From the NCBI RefSeq assembly GCF_009914755.1, contig NC_060928.1: a stretch of 64,000 nucleotides of DNA; one strand, written 5' to 3'. Of the stretch, positions 1-28,036 are shown one piece after another. The notes under the pieces were generated by a model. The model ran no database searches. It was not told where the DNA came from and saw only the letters and a list, made by a program, of their open reading frames with translations. Position numbers and translations under genes: made by a program. Source of the stretch: the human T2T-CHM13v2.0 reference genome, Homo sapiens. Within the stretch, counting starts at the first letter, position 1; each line of letters begins with the position of its first letter.

Positions 1-342
1 ATAACTTAAAAATTATTAATAAATATATAAATAATAGCAAAGAAAGTAAATATGTTAAGTGATACATTACTACCAGGAATGGAAATATATTTAGAATCAT
101 TTTTCCGGCAAACAAAGAGATTTTTTGCCCTACGAGTTTGGAAACAAGGCTTTGTTTGTTTTATATTGCAAATTAGATATATGATTTGTTGGAAAGAATA
201 TAAAATTAAATATGAAGGTATGTCACATACGCAATGCCATATATAAACCATACTCCTTTACCTTTAACTCTTCAGTATATAATCTTTCAGACTTTTTTAT
301 TTGCACATATGAAGTATATACATTCGTAAAGTTTTTAATTTA

Positions 343-635
<293 letters not shown>

Positions 636-1150
636 TTAAAAAATAAAAATTCAAGTCTGTCCATTCTTACATAATTATGTAAGGGAGTACACCTCTATAG
701 GACATGCTCACTACACTCTAATCTTAATATAGAGTTGGGCAGTTTAACAGCCTTTTTTTTTTTTTTTTGAAGACAGGGCATTGCTCTGTTGTCTATGCTG
801 GAGTGCTGTGGTACAATTGCCTTGACCTCCCAGGCTCAAGTGATCCTCTCTCCTCAGCCTTCTGAGTAGCTGGGAGTATAGGTGCACATTACCACGCCTG
901 ACTAACTTTGATTTTTTGTAGAGGCAGGATTTCACTATGTTGCCCAGACTGGTTCCAGACTCCTGGGCTCAAGCAATCCTCCTGCCTCAGCTTCCCAAAG
1001 TGCTGGAATTACAGGCATGAGCCAGCGCACTTGGTCTTAACAGCATTTTTGAATAGTGAATGTCTTCAAAAATATGTTGTAAACAATGAGAAGTTTAAAA
1101 TGTCTAATCACAGTCACCAACTGTTTAGTTGGTGGATATTGTCAACCTAA

Positions 1151-1291
<141 letters not shown>

Positions 1292-2698
1292 TAGAAACTG
1301 AAAGGGACTATTTTGTGTCTTCCTCCTAAAAATGTGCATTATGAATCTCTGGTCAGATTTTTCATTACATTTGCATTTATGAAAAATATTAAGAAAAAAC
1401 CTGATGGAATAATCCAACCTGTTGTAATCTCACCCTTCTCTGAATAAATCTATTATTGGTTCTTTCATTTATGTGATAGTTAATCACGTGCTGCCTTGAG
1501 ATACCTCTCCTATCAATGTTTGGAAACATTATTCATGATTGCTTAGCTTTTTATGTGTTTTCTGTTTAACATATTCAACAAGAAGGAGCTGTGCTTTCTG
1601 TTTTTACATCCATAGAGACCTGTACATTGATCTGTCATATATTTTATGTCTTTTAAAATCATCTTTTTTTATTATTGAATAGATATAAAAGTATCTTCAT
1701 AGGCCGGGTGCAGTGGCTCATGCCTGTAAGCTCAGCATTTTGGGAGGCCAAGGCAGGCAGATCATTTGAACCCAGGAGTTCAAGACCAGCTGGGCAACAT
1801 GGTAAAACCTTGTCCATACAAAAAAAAAGTTTTTAAAAATTAGCTGGGCATGGTGGCACTTGCCTGTATACCCAACTTCTGAGGAGGCTGAGGTGGGAGG
1901 ATCACTTGAGCCCAACAGGTTGAGGCTGCAGTAAGACATGATCATGCCACTGCATCCCAGCCTAGACTACAGAGCAAGACCCTGTTTCAAAAAAAAAAAA
2001 AAAAAGTATCTTATAAACTGTGTAAGTTATAAAGAATAACACAACAGACACCCTCATACCTCCAGTTTGAGATTAAAACGTTAGCATTATCTTTGAATAC
2101 CCCTCTGTACCCCCTAAACTGTATATTAGAATCCCATTTTTCAGTTGTGTTTCTATTTTGTTTTAAGAAATGGGGGTCTCACTCTGTCACCCAGGCTGGA
2201 GTGCAGTGGCACAGTCATAGCTCACTGCAGCCTCGAACTCCTAGGCTCAAGTAATCCTCCTATCTCAGCCTCCCTAAATACCTGAGGCTACAGGTACATG
2301 CCACTACACTAGCTAATTTTTAGAGACAGGGTCTCACCGTGTTGCCCATGCTGGTCTCAGACTCTTAACAATCCTCTCACCTCAGCTTCCAGAGTAGCTG
2401 GGATTACAGGAGCAAGCCACTGCACCCTGCTTTGTTTTTAAATTTAAATTTTGCGTCCTTTCCTGATCCCATCCCCTTTCCCCTGAACACTATTCTTATT
2501 GCTGAGTTTATTATTTCCCTTTTTAGTTTTATCACATATATTTATGTTCCTTGACTATCATTTAGTTTTGAATGTTTCAAATTTCTTATAAACAGAACCA
2601 AACTGTATGCATTCTTTGCAACTTGCTTTATTCTCTCAACATTATGTCCTTAAGGGTCATCTGTCTATTTCATTTAAATTGTAACATTTCTATTCTAG

Positions 2699-2857
<159 letters not shown>

Positions 2858-2903
2858 TAGTGTGTCATCATGGCCTCTACCAGAAACTGGCTCTAAATGA
2901 TGA

Positions 2904-3068
<165 letters not shown>

Positions 3069-3670
3069 TGAAACAGGGATTATTCACTTTTTGAGGAGTT
3101 TCATAGTTTTCTGATAATTCACTGGAAATTATGTACACATTTCTTTGGAAAAAGCATATTTGTATGTACAGATACATATTTGCAGAGAATTTTAGGGGCT
3201 CAGTGACATGAACTTACCCATAGACCTTTAGCCCATAGAATCCCTCCCTCATATTAGAGCATTAGTCTAAACTTTGAATAATTTTCTTTAAAAAGTATAA
3301 ACCTGGTCTTCTTAGTAATGATTTTTTTTTTTTTTTTGAGATGGAGTCTCGCTCTTTTGCCCAGGCTAGAGTGCATGGCACCATCTCACTGCAACCTCTG
3401 CCTCCCAGTTCAAGCATTTATCCTGCCTCAGCCTCCCGAGTAGCTGGGATTAGAGGCCCACGCCACCAAGCTCAGCTAATTTTTGTACTTTTAGTAGAGA
3501 TAGGGTTTGACCATGTTGGCCAGGATGGTCTCAAACTCCTGACCTCAATTGATCCACCCACCTGAGCCTACCAAAGTGCGGGATTACAGGCCTGAGCCAT
3601 CACGCCCGGCCTGTTTTTTTGGGTTTGTTTTGTTTTTTCTTTTAAGAGACAGTCTTGCTTTGTCATCTAG

Positions 3671-3790
<120 letters not shown>

Positions 3791-4649
3791 TAATGTTTTT
3801 ACATTTTTTTTTAGAGACGGAATCTTGCTATGTTCCCCAGGCTGGTCTCAAACTCCTGACCTCAACCAATACTCCTGCCTCGCCCTCCCAAAGTGCTGAG
3901 ATTATTCTAATTTTCTACAGCTCAGTACTAGTTTGGCACCTAAGCGCACTTAGTAAATTTTTTAAATGATTCCCTAGTATTTTCTATTTTCTATTTACTA
4001 TAGTTCATTTTTGAAAAATCTGTTTGCAATCCACTAGGTTTATTTTACAAGCTTCAGTGGGTCTCAGCTTTCAGTTTAAAAAAGCAATAGAACCAAGCAC
4101 AGTGGTTCACGCCTGTAGTTCTAGCACTTTGGGAGGCCAAAGCAGGAAGATTGCTTGAGGACAGGCGTTCAAGACCAGCCTGGGCAACATAGGGAGATGC
4201 TGTCTCTACAAAAAATAAATTAAAAAAAAAAAATAGCTGGATGTGGTAGCATGTGCCCATAGTCCTACCTGCTTGGGAGGCTGAGGCAGAAGGATTGCGT
4301 GAGCCCAGGAGTTCAAAGTTACAGTGAGCTATGATGCACTGGGCAACAGAGCAAGACCCTGTTTTTATTTAAAAAAAAAAAATTATAGGATATGTTCTTT
4401 GAATATCTCTTATATTCATGATAAGGGTGTACATGTGGTCTTTTCTACATCTGTTCTTTCAGGGAACAACTCCAGACACTTTGCCAGTGGGTTTGTGAAA
4501 AAATGTGTCAGCTGTTTCAGTCGTTTTTGCTGGTGTCAAAGGGAACAGCTCTGTGACCCAGTTCACATTATAATACTTGGATGAATAGATATAGCCACAA
4601 TATAAATAGGAAGATTAATGTTTAGCTCGTACTTCGTTTAACAAAGCTC

Positions 4650-4660
4650 ATGACTCAGCA
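4650..4660 (+). promoter_or_regulatory. Consensus NRF2/sMAF (ARE) motif ATGACTCAGCA in LIAS intron 6
   Basis: Exact RTGACTCAGCA match outside any Alu; motif only, function unshown. Confidence 0.35.
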
Positions 4661-5115
4661 ACCCAGAAAATAGTTTTTAAAACCCGTAGCACTTGTGAAA
4701 TATTTGCCTAGAGGAAGGGAGGAGAGCATGATTTGATGACTTTTTAAAGAAATCAAAATTAAAGCAATCAAATAATACTCACATTTATATAAGAAATACT
4801 TCAATTTACTTTCCAATGAGTAAAGTTTTATATTTAATGTTTTAATATTTCATATTTTAGTTTCTTGCAATTATTTACTTTTTCTAAAACCTACTTAAAT
4901 TAGGTTTAAAAGTCTACTATATATAATTTGAAATTTTATTCAGTTTGCCTACAGGTGTGTTTTAACCACTGTGTACATAGTATTTAACGGTCTGCTTTTT
5001 TTTTTTTAATAATGGTTCATGTATGAACATCTGTATGTTCATACTTTTCTTGACAAAGTTCTAAAGGTTACTGTGTTGAAGCATACTGAACGATTACTGA
5101 TAATTTCTATTTTGA

Positions 5116-5301
<186 letters not shown>

Positions 5302-5914
5302 TGAATACGTGTACAAAGTAATGTTGGGAAGTTAGGCGGGTCAAAATATGCCATATATTCTTGCCTTTTCCAGGGCTGAACTTTGCCATTGACTTTTACA
5401 AAGTAAACTCTATTCTTTTTTGTTTTTTAGGCAAACTCAATCTATGTCTCTTACATAAAAATCAGAAAATATCACCAACAAAATCAGCATAAATATCACC
5501 CATAATAGTATTTCCACCCAGCAATATCAGTTACTAACACCTTAGTGTTTATATTATAAACACTATATTTATACTACATATTTGTATTTTTATATTTATA
5601 ATATACTTAATTTTTATATTACAAACATTAAGATGTTAGTAACTCATATTACTAAGTTACTGTGTGTGTTTTAATACCCACAAATAATTAACATCTTTTT
5701 TCTTTTGTTTTAAAATAATATCATACTGCAAATTTCAATAAGTTGTTTGTTTCCCCCTCCCCACAAATAAAGTTTTCAAAGGAGGGAAAAAATTACACTA
5801 GAGCAATTGCTTTGGTTGTAATTCTAAAGAAAAGACTTCAAAAATATATTTGGCTGGATGCTGTGGCTCACGCCTGTAATCTCAGCACTTTGGGAGGCAG
5901 AGGCAGGCAGATTA

Positions 5915-6205
<291 letters not shown>

Positions 6206-6331
6206 TTATATATATATATTCAGCACTAATATGTGTAATAAATGATGCAGAAGAAAAACTCGTGGCTCACGCCTATAATCCTAGCACTTTGGGAGGCCGA
6301 GGCGGGCGGATTACCTGAGGTTGGGAGTTCA

Positions 6332-6567
<236 letters not shown>

Positions 6568-7636
6568 TTAAAAAAAGTAGACACTATGCTTTCTTATTCC
6601 TAATAATTTCAGTAATTAAGACTAATCATTGGCAAGTAACACTGATGTAAGAAAAAAAGTAAGGATTGTTATCCACATCCATTCAAATTTTAGAAAAATG
6701 AACATTTTAAGCTTCGGGCAAGAGTAATATCATTTTTTTCTTTAATTTTAGCATTTAGCAGTGATTTTATTAGCTTCTACATATGATCTGTGTCATAGAG
6801 CCTGAAAGAAGTTACAGTAAACAATAACCACCATTTTCACTAAATCATAAACAGTAGAGACCATAACTTAATTTCAGTGGAGAAATTCTGTTAAAAAGTG
6901 ATTTCTATAATGTCAGTTTCAGTTACTTTTAAGTTCATAAATTTGTTTCTTCTCTTTCCTGTTAACTAGTCTCCAATGAAAAACAATTACAGAAAATAAA
7001 GCTGCATTAGAATTGAAATGAAATCCAGTTTAACATCAGAAGCTTTCTGGCCTTTTGGCTTAAAGGATAAGTCATTTAAGCCATGGTGGTTTGGCCATTG
7101 TTGAAGTCTAGGACACAGCCTGTTCCAACCTCATCATGATACCACCACCAGTGGGTGCCAGTTTCCCTGGTTTCACTTAAAAACATGATCCTTTCCAGTG
7201 AAAATTCCAGAATCATGCATTTCTTTACCTAATATGTGGCAGTGTTGTATACTTACCAGCAGAGGGCAGCTTAGTCTTCAGAAAAGAAATGAACTTGAAA
7301 GTTTCAACCCTCTGACATGTGGGTTCAGCTTATTTTTTTCTTTGTTCAGTATGGAGACTCTCTTACTTCTGCTTTTTTTCCTTTCTCTTCTAATTTTTCG
7401 CTTCAGAATTCTGGTTTCTCAATGCATAAACTGAAGTAATTTCTTCCATTCTACTTTTCTCTGCCCCAGGCTTGAGATAGAACTAGGGAGCCCAGTGAGG
7501 CCTTTTCTTTCCTAAATTAACAGGCATCTGTGCATAAATGCTACCTTTGAACTATGTGATTTAAGATAATGTGCAGAATGTACTTCTCTGGTCTTTCAGG
7601 TTGCTTGCATAACTATGTACTTGGTTGAACTTGTAA

Positions 7637-7831
<195 letters not shown>

Positions 7832-8809
7832 TGAAAAATCTTTCCCATGTAATTTGAGTAATAGCAGGAACCCACTCACTTTGAAGGCCCTTCTAAGAAC
7901 AAAGAAAAGTATATGGTTATAGATGGCAGCATGAAAAGGAAACCAACTTGCACATGCACCCTCAAATCTAAAATACAAGTTAAAAAAAAAAAAGCAAAGG
8001 AAATAAATTTTCTTGGAATTTCATGGAGTGATATGCATGACGCTCAGGATACAAAATTTATATCCCATTTTATTCCCCATCCTTTGCATCCACTGAAAGC
8101 ATGATTTCATCCACTTTTCTCATTCTATCATTGGACACTTTTGGAGAGCCAGCCTGGTACCAGGCACTGACAGTTCATAGATCAATGAGACTAATCCAGG
8201 CCTCTGAGAAAGAGCTTACTTGTAGCATTGTCACATAACATGGTGTGCTTTGGACTTTGCTGAACTTTAGTCCCGTAAGTCCATTTGCTTTGTGATTCTT
8301 GGACTTTTTAAACTTTGGAATTTCAAAGTTTTAATTTTAGCTGAGGACCCTTGGACTACTTGTAGTTATTTAGTGGTTCAAAGAGTAATAAGTTCTTATA
8401 ATAATCAAGACCTGCTGTTTACCACATTGCACACAGTTTATTAGAAAGATTCTGATATGTCATAGTTTAAATCACAGCCCCCATAGCATATCTTGTGCAT
8501 TGAGTAAAAGCCTAATGCAACATATTTGCTCTATAATATAGGTGCATTGAGGTTTTTGCATATACCATTTCCCATACCTTTTCTACCAGACTCCTACTCT
8601 AAAATACCCTCCACTACTATTTTAGCATTGATTCCATAGTATTAGAAGTATTTATCCTTGTATGTATCAGCCCTACATGACTGTCTTAATTATTATTGTT
8701 TTCAGTCCTTACCACAGTCCCTGGCACATAATACTTTTGAATGAATAGATGTTGTCTTATTCCCCAACATGAAGATTATGGACTGTCATAAAGTTCACAC
8801 CGTTTTTAA

Positions 8810-8968
<159 letters not shown>

Positions 8969-8974
8969 TGATTT

Positions 8975-10057
<1,083 letters not shown>

Positions 10058-10747
10058 ATTCTTATAAGTCCCAGTTTTCATTTTATTATCTACATAAATC
10101 AGCTACGTTTGCACATATTTGCTGCCTCCCCCATTCTCTTCACAAATTTCACAACTCAAGTGAACCTAGAGAAAAAGAATTTAAAAGTTGGGAAATGGCA
10201 CTCATTTACACTTGGTTATTGTGTAACTTGTTTTTGTTATGTTAGAGCCAGAGGCGAAGAAAGAATGGGAAACCATTCTTTCTATTTCTATCATGGACAT
10301 TTATCCATTCATTCAAGAAGCTTGTGTTGAGCAGTGACCATGTGCCAGTCACAGTGCTAAGCAGAAGATACAAGTTGAGTAAGACAGTCTTGTCCTCAAG
10401 AATCAGATAAGCATGAGTAATTCTTGAATTTAGCTGTTAACGAAGGAAAAATATAGATAAATAATATCTGTAGATAATCTCTTCTTTCTCTGTCCTTTGG
10501 AATAGCCATTGTAGCACAAAATTGATATGCTTCCCTGTCTCTGTAATTCCCTGTATTTACATCCCAATAGAGTGGCCAAAAAGTAACCAGTAAACACGTA
10601 GTCAGGGAGGAGGGAGAGGACAAAAGCCTGGGGGTGGGGGCAAGATAAATTACGCAGTGAAGAGCATTCTGCATACATAGGTATAGACTTTCTGCAGAAT
10701 CAAAGTGGAATTCTAAAATCTGATCAGAAGTAATTATTTAAATCTAG

Positions 10748-10897
<150 letters not shown>

Positions 10898-11630
10898 TAA
10901 CTTTCCACATTAAGTTCTACCACCAGTCACTAAAACTCTTGACAAATTCTAATACCTTTGGTGGTCTTGGTAGAGGGCGTAGTTTTTCTTCTGGAACATC
11001 CTTAGGAGCTTTGCTCCATGGGGATCATATTAAGAAAAGTTTCTCTTAATCTTTTGTTTCTTAAACAAATTCAGCCCCCTGCTTTGTAACTCAGCTACTA
11101 TAGTAAAAGCAGAAACAATTAGTTTATTAATTTTTTCTATGTGTAGATTTCAGTAGTAGGTTATTCAGAAATGACAGAGCATGTCAAGCATCTAATAGGG
11201 TTTTCTGAGAAATACATATTTATTTGGAAATGATGCCAGCTGCATCTCCAGACTCAGTTTCAATCAGTTTAAGCACTGAAAAGTATCTTATTTGATAGCA
11301 TTGCTTGCATCATTAAATTTCTTTGTATTTTTCCCCCAGAGGCAACAGAAAAATATCCATAAGATTATTTTTCTCCGTAGGAACGTTTAGTTGTTTTACT
11401 AGCTACAATGCAAATTTTTTTTACTTTTGGAATTTCAGCTCTTATTTTAATCAATAGCTTGAATTGATTTATGAAAAGAAAATCATTTTCCAAGGGATAA
11501 AAAGTCATGTGATAATGATTGTCGGAGGATCCAAAAGAACATATCTGAAGACCGAATTTAATCTAGAAAGTGTTTATGATGTCCCTGTCAGTTGGACTTA
11601 ACAATTATAATGATTAAGAATAAATTGGCT

Positions 11631-13564
<1,934 letters not shown>

Positions 13565-14714
13565 TTAATGAACTAGTAGCTCATCATAGTTTGAAAACCC
13601 AAGAATTTGATTCAGCACTGAGTGACAGAATGTGGGGACTTTGAAAACCAGTAATTGTAAGTGATTTAGTCTTCAAGCAGCACTGCTGGCAAGCTAAAAA
13701 TACATGTGAAGGATAGAACCACTATCAGCTTCTAGAATGGTTAGAGTAATGTCCTTTGAAAGGAGTTTTTCTTTTGCTAAAGAAAAATTTCTAACATAAA
13801 AGGAAGTAAATTATGAACTTTCTGATGCTTTCTAAATTACCAGGAAAAGATCAGATTCTGGTATATGATGAGCATTAGACTAAAATGATGGATTAGGGTC
13901 TGATAAAGTTGGTGCTACTCCCACGACATTTGGAGGAGGTATGGAGCAGCATGGATTACTTGGCTGGGTTATGAGCCTTGGGATTTGCAGAGATTATATG
14001 TAGATAGACTCATCACAGTTCTACTCATATGTAAGATGACAAAGAGAAGTTAATCAGACTCCTCATAAAATCAGGCCTCTAGTGCTGCACTCTACCAATA
14101 AGCATTGAGTCATGCTGTAAGAGCAATAGACTAAATGGAACACTAATGGCCTAAAAAGAGAATGTGCCCTCTAAGCTGCTAACTTATTGCGTAGGTACAA
14201 CTCAGGCGGTGGGGAGAAAGCCCATTACAAATGAAGAGCTCTTGCTTCCCTAGAGGGGAATAAGCTAAAGAGATTCCATCAGATGCGTCTGCTCAGCTGC
14301 AACGAGATCTGTTTTATAAACATCAGATCCAGCCTAATAATGTAGCAAAATTGCTCTTGGAAATGAATTTTGCCAAGAGCAATACTTTGACAGTGATGAG
14401 GGATAGATAGTGCACATAAAGTAGAATTAATGTGCAGACCCATATATACAGTAGGGTCACCCTTTGTAATATTGGCTTACTAGAAAGAATAATAGTAGGA
14501 GACTCTAGTCATTATTGCTGGGGAGAAAGGCCAAAGATAATAGGGGATATTTAGGTTAGAAAAATATTGCCATTGAGGTTTGAGAAGAGAGAAGTGCCAA
14601 TAAATACAAAAGTCTTCTTTAAAGGGGGAACACCAAAAATATAATTCTGAAATAGTTGTCTCACTGTTATTTACTTTAAATTGATATTAATGTGTTTTCC
14701 TTTTTCCTAAATAG

Positions 14715-14767
14715 GTGAATTTTTCCTGAAAAATCTAGTGGCTAAAAGAAAAACAAAAGACCTCTAA
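14715..14767 (+). CDS. LIAS: LIAS terminal exon, coding part: (G)EFFLKNLVAKRKTKDL*
   Basis: Polypyrimidine tract then tag|GT GAA; phase matches exon 10; TAA at 14765-14767. Confidence 0.95.
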
Positions 14768-14899
14768 AACTTCAACAAGACCTTCAAGATCACAGAAATT
14801 TTTAAAATTTGATTCCAGTTAATAACAGAGGTGGTGCCAGAATGCCTGGACTGCAGTGGATGTGCCCCACCTCTTTGCTTAAAAAAAAAAATGTCAATA

Positions 14900-15200
<301 letters not shown>

Positions 15201-15207
15201 AAAAGTC

Positions 15208-15213
15208 AATAAA
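15208..15213 (+). terminator. Probable LIAS poly(A) signal AATAAA
   Basis: AATAAA just after the 3' UTR Alu, followed by T/GT-rich sequence (~15240-15270). Two more AATAAA lie in the Alu tail at ~15183-15192. Confidence 0.6.
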
Positions 15214-15240
15214 CTGTACAAATTTAATTACAGTAATTCA

Positions 15241-17521
<2,281 letters not shown>

Positions 17522-17715
17522 TAACCCTACCAACTTAAAATAGAAACATCTCAAGCTACCTTAACTTATTTTACAGGAAAAAAATGGATTACTTTTCAGG
17601 CTAATTTTGTGACATTTCTAGATATTATCTAATAGTTAGGCCCTTTGCACAGTGTAGGCCAATGGCAGGTAAACATTTGTTAGCAGGAGACCCATTTGGT
17701 GAAATAAAATTCTCA

Positions 17716-18000
17716 GCCGGCGCGGTGGCTCACGCCTATAATCTCAACACTTTGGGAGGCCGTTGCGGGCGGATCACCTGATATCAGGAATTGACACCAG
17801 CCTGGCCAACATGGCAAAACCCCATCTCTACTAAAAATATAAAAAATTAGCTGGGTGTGGTGGCACGTGCCTGTGGCACTGAGGAGGCTGAGGCACAAGA
17901 ATCGCTTGAATCCAGGAAGCAGAGGTTGCGGTGAGCCGAAAATGCACCACTGCACTCCAGCATGGGCAACACAGTGAGACTGTTGTCTCAAAAAAAATAA
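17716..18000 (+). mobile_element. AluS-type element hosting the WDR5 retrocopy in its tail
   Basis: Full Alu body; TSD aataaa(a/t)tctca-type copies at 17703-17715 and 19436-19448 (12/13 match). Confidence 0.88.
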
Positions 18001-18004
18001 ATGA

Positions 18005-19416
<1,412 letters not shown>

Positions 19417-19825
19417 AAAAATAAATAATAAATATAATAAAAATCTCATGGAACTTCAATGTAAAATAATTAAAATGGCATTTTATTAGCAGTGTATGTT
19501 AAAGTTTCAGATTTGTAACATTTACTCTGTAAATAAAAATAGGGAATAAGTAAAATGAAGCAATTTTGATACATATGCAAAATTGGGATTTATGGATAAC
19601 AGTTGCTGTCTTCAGCCTCAAGAGTCTACTTATTTGTTTTGGTTGCACAGTATTGAGAACAATTCTAATATAGCTAAATAATAGTAAATTTCAGTTAATA
19701 GCATAGCTTAAAAAGAAAAAAATAGTAAATAATTTTTAAAAATGGTAAAACACCTCATCTTGGAATGTCTGGATACTTTCCAGTTAAATTTAATACAGAA
19801 ACTTGAAAGAGGAATAGCAGGAGAT

Positions 19826-22287
<2,462 letters not shown>

Positions 22288-22790
22288 TGAGGCAGAAATT
22301 AGAGAAAGAAGAAATAAAAACTAAAAGAGAAAGACACGTTTTCCTGTATTAGGTTGTCTCATCCCAAAAAGCAGTAACAGACAGAGCCCAGGTGCAGGCA
22401 AGGTCCTGATAACACTATCTAAGAAGTCAGAACCCAAAAGGAATGTGCTCTGGAGGCTCTCCCAGCACTCCCCAACATAAGGATAAGAAAAACAAAATTC
22501 CTCTTTTAGCCCTTTACCACCTCCCCATAAATATTTTGCAAGTTTTAGAAGTTCCTGTTTCTCCTTCAATGCAACTGCAAGGTCACAAGCTATGCTAGAG
22601 ATTACGAGACCTGTCACTGTGTCATTAACTGTCTTTATTCTGCTTCTGTAAGCTTTCTTATAAAAATTGAGCCCTGTCTTTGTTCTGGCCTCAATTTTTT
22701 GGATATGAATCCACTGAGCCAGCATACACCTTAATAAAAATCCTCCTGTAACACCCATTTGGTCTCTTTGGTCCTCTGATTCCTACAACA
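22288..22790 (+). mobile_element. 5' LTR (503 bp)
   Basis: TG...CA ends; TATAAAA 22659-22665; AATAAA 22733-22738; first ~147 bp repeated from 27885. LTR subfamily not assigned. Confidence 0.92.
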
Positions 22791-22793
22791 TTT

Positions 22794-22811
22794 TGGTGAG
22801 CCAGCCGGGAG
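22794..22811 (+). promoter_or_regulatory. Primer-binding site for tRNA-Arg(ACG)
   Basis: TGGTGAGCCAGCCGGGAG, 3 nt after the LTR; 16/18 match to TGGCGAGCCAGCCAGGAG, the complement of the tRNA-Arg(ACG) 3' end (recalled). Confidence 0.85.
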
Positions 22812-23174
22812 AGGAGATGACAGGTTTGCTGTCTCCTTTGCCTGTGGGGCTGGAGCCCCAGACTGGCGGGATACCTGTGACCCCAGGTGTGCCATCAGGA
22901 GAACTTCAACCCGGAGGGGAGATCAGCTCTCCTGCAACCCAGTGTCCCTTCCCTGACGGTGCAACGGAACCTAAGGGGTATAGGACGATTCCAGGGACAG
23001 TGCACTTCAGGACCACGGTAAGGTATTGGGGCCCAAGGCAGGACCTGTCCCATAAGGAGGGAAGGGGAGCCTGATCACCTTCCAGGGTGCAACTAGTAGT
23101 CCGACACAGGATGAGAGAATGGCTCGTAAATGTTGGGGAAACTTACACCCTAACCAACCCAGGACGCAAGAGTG

Positions 23175-24340
23175 GCAGGGAAGCAATTGGTCATGTATTT
23201 AGGGTAGTAACTGGGGTCGGAGGACAGCCGGGACACCTGGACCAATTCCCCTATATCTACTCATGGCCGCACTCAGGTTATGCAAATGCCTCTCAGGTAA
23301 AAAAGAGGACCCCCCTCTATTATAATGAGCAAGGTCAAATCCAGGGAAGGGAATGAACCTTCATTTACCAGCCTTTTTCAACCACTGATCTCCTAAACTG
23401 GAAGCACCATACCCCTTCCTGCACAGAAAAACCTCAGGCCTTTATAGATCTGGTGCAGTCCATCTTCCTAACACACAATCCAACTTGGCCAGATGTCAAA
23501 CAGCTCCTCCTGATGCTGTTTAATACTGAGGAGCACCGGAGGATAACTCAGGCAGCCCTCCACTGGCTTGAAGCAAATGTACCAGCAGGCACAATGAACG
23601 CTCAGGCATATGCTCAAGGCCACCTCCCAGAAGCAGACCCACACGAGGACCCAAATGATGTAACCCAGTTTCAGCACCTGCAGAGGTACCAAGAGGCAAT
23701 CCTGCAAAGGCTGAGAAATGGTGGGAAAAAGGCAATCAACATACGGAAAATCTCAGAGATGCTCCAGGGAGCAGATGAAAGCCCTAGCCAGTTTTATGAA
23801 AGACTGTATGAGGCATTCCGGCTTTGTACTCCGTTTGACCCTGAAGCAGCTGAAAATCAGCACATGGTGAACACAGCATTTGTAGGACAAGCCCAGGGTG
23901 ACATCAAACAGAAGCTGCAGAAATTAGAAGGGTTTACAGGCACGAATGCCACCCAGCTTATAGAGGTGGCCACTGAGGTGTATGTTAACCGTGACCAAGA
24001 GGCAAAGAAGGAAGCAGAACAGAGGCTTGAGAAAAGGGCCAATCTGTTAGCGGCAGCCCTCGTAGAAAGGGAAACTAGTATTCTAAGAGGATGTGGACGT
24101 GGACATGGATGTGGAAGAGGTCAAGTTAGGCAGAGATCTGAGAGCCGGCCGAGGCTAGAGAGAGATCAATGTACATGATGCAAAAAGAAGGGACACTGGA
24201 AGGATGAGTGTCCAGAAGGTAATGAGGAGAGTAGTCAGGGCCATGGTATGAAGAGACCATCTGCCAAGGGCTGCCGCACCCTGGGGGAACTAGATACTGA
24301 TCTAATCAGGCTGGCAGGGGCTGAAGGATATGAAGACTGG
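23175..24340 (+). pseudogene. ERV gag remnant (partial MA, CA with MHR, NC CCHC knuckle)
   Basis: PGHLDQFPYI (MA); YQPFSTTDLLNWK and THNPTWPDVKQLL (CA); QGADESPSQFYERL (MHR); CT*CKKKGHWKDECP (zinc knuckle). Confidence 0.92.
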
Positions 24341-26930
<2,590 letters not shown>

Positions 26931-27026
26931 GCTGCCAGTAGAGACAGCAGACCTGCTCTAGTCACTCCAGAAGCTGACTAGTCTATGCACCGGCTGAAGC
27001 TTGAAGAATCATCATCAGGGAAGTAA

Positions 27027-27830
<804 letters not shown>

Positions 27831-27873
27831 TAATAGTGATGCTTTCTATTAAACTTCATTTATAAAAAGCATC

Positions 27874-27884
27874 AAAGGGGGGAA
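27874..27884 (+). other. Polypurine tract
   Basis: AAAGGGGGGAA directly before the 3' LTR TG. Confidence 0.88.
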
Positions 27885-28036
27885 TGAGGCAGAAATTAGA
27901 GAAAGAAGAAATAAAAACTAAAAGAGAAAAGCAAGTTTTCCTGTATTAGGCTGTCTCATCCCAAAAAGCAGTAACAGACACAGCCCAGGCCAAGACAAGG
28001 TCCCGATAACAACACTATGTAAGAAGTCAGGACCTA
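27885..28036 (+). mobile_element. 3' LTR, truncated to ~150 bp of U3
   Basis: Aligns to 22288-22434 with ~12 substitutions and one 3-bp indel (hand count); host Alu sequence then resumes. Confidence 0.9.

Noticed and set aside
13865-13903. ATGATGA...CTGA resembling a C/D-box snoRNA in LIAS intron 10
   Set aside because: Only 39 nt from box C to box D and no convincing terminal stem.
22321-22758. 145-aa ORF antisense to the 5' LTR
   Set aside because: No recognisable motif; the ORF-track start is not an ATG; consistent with chance.
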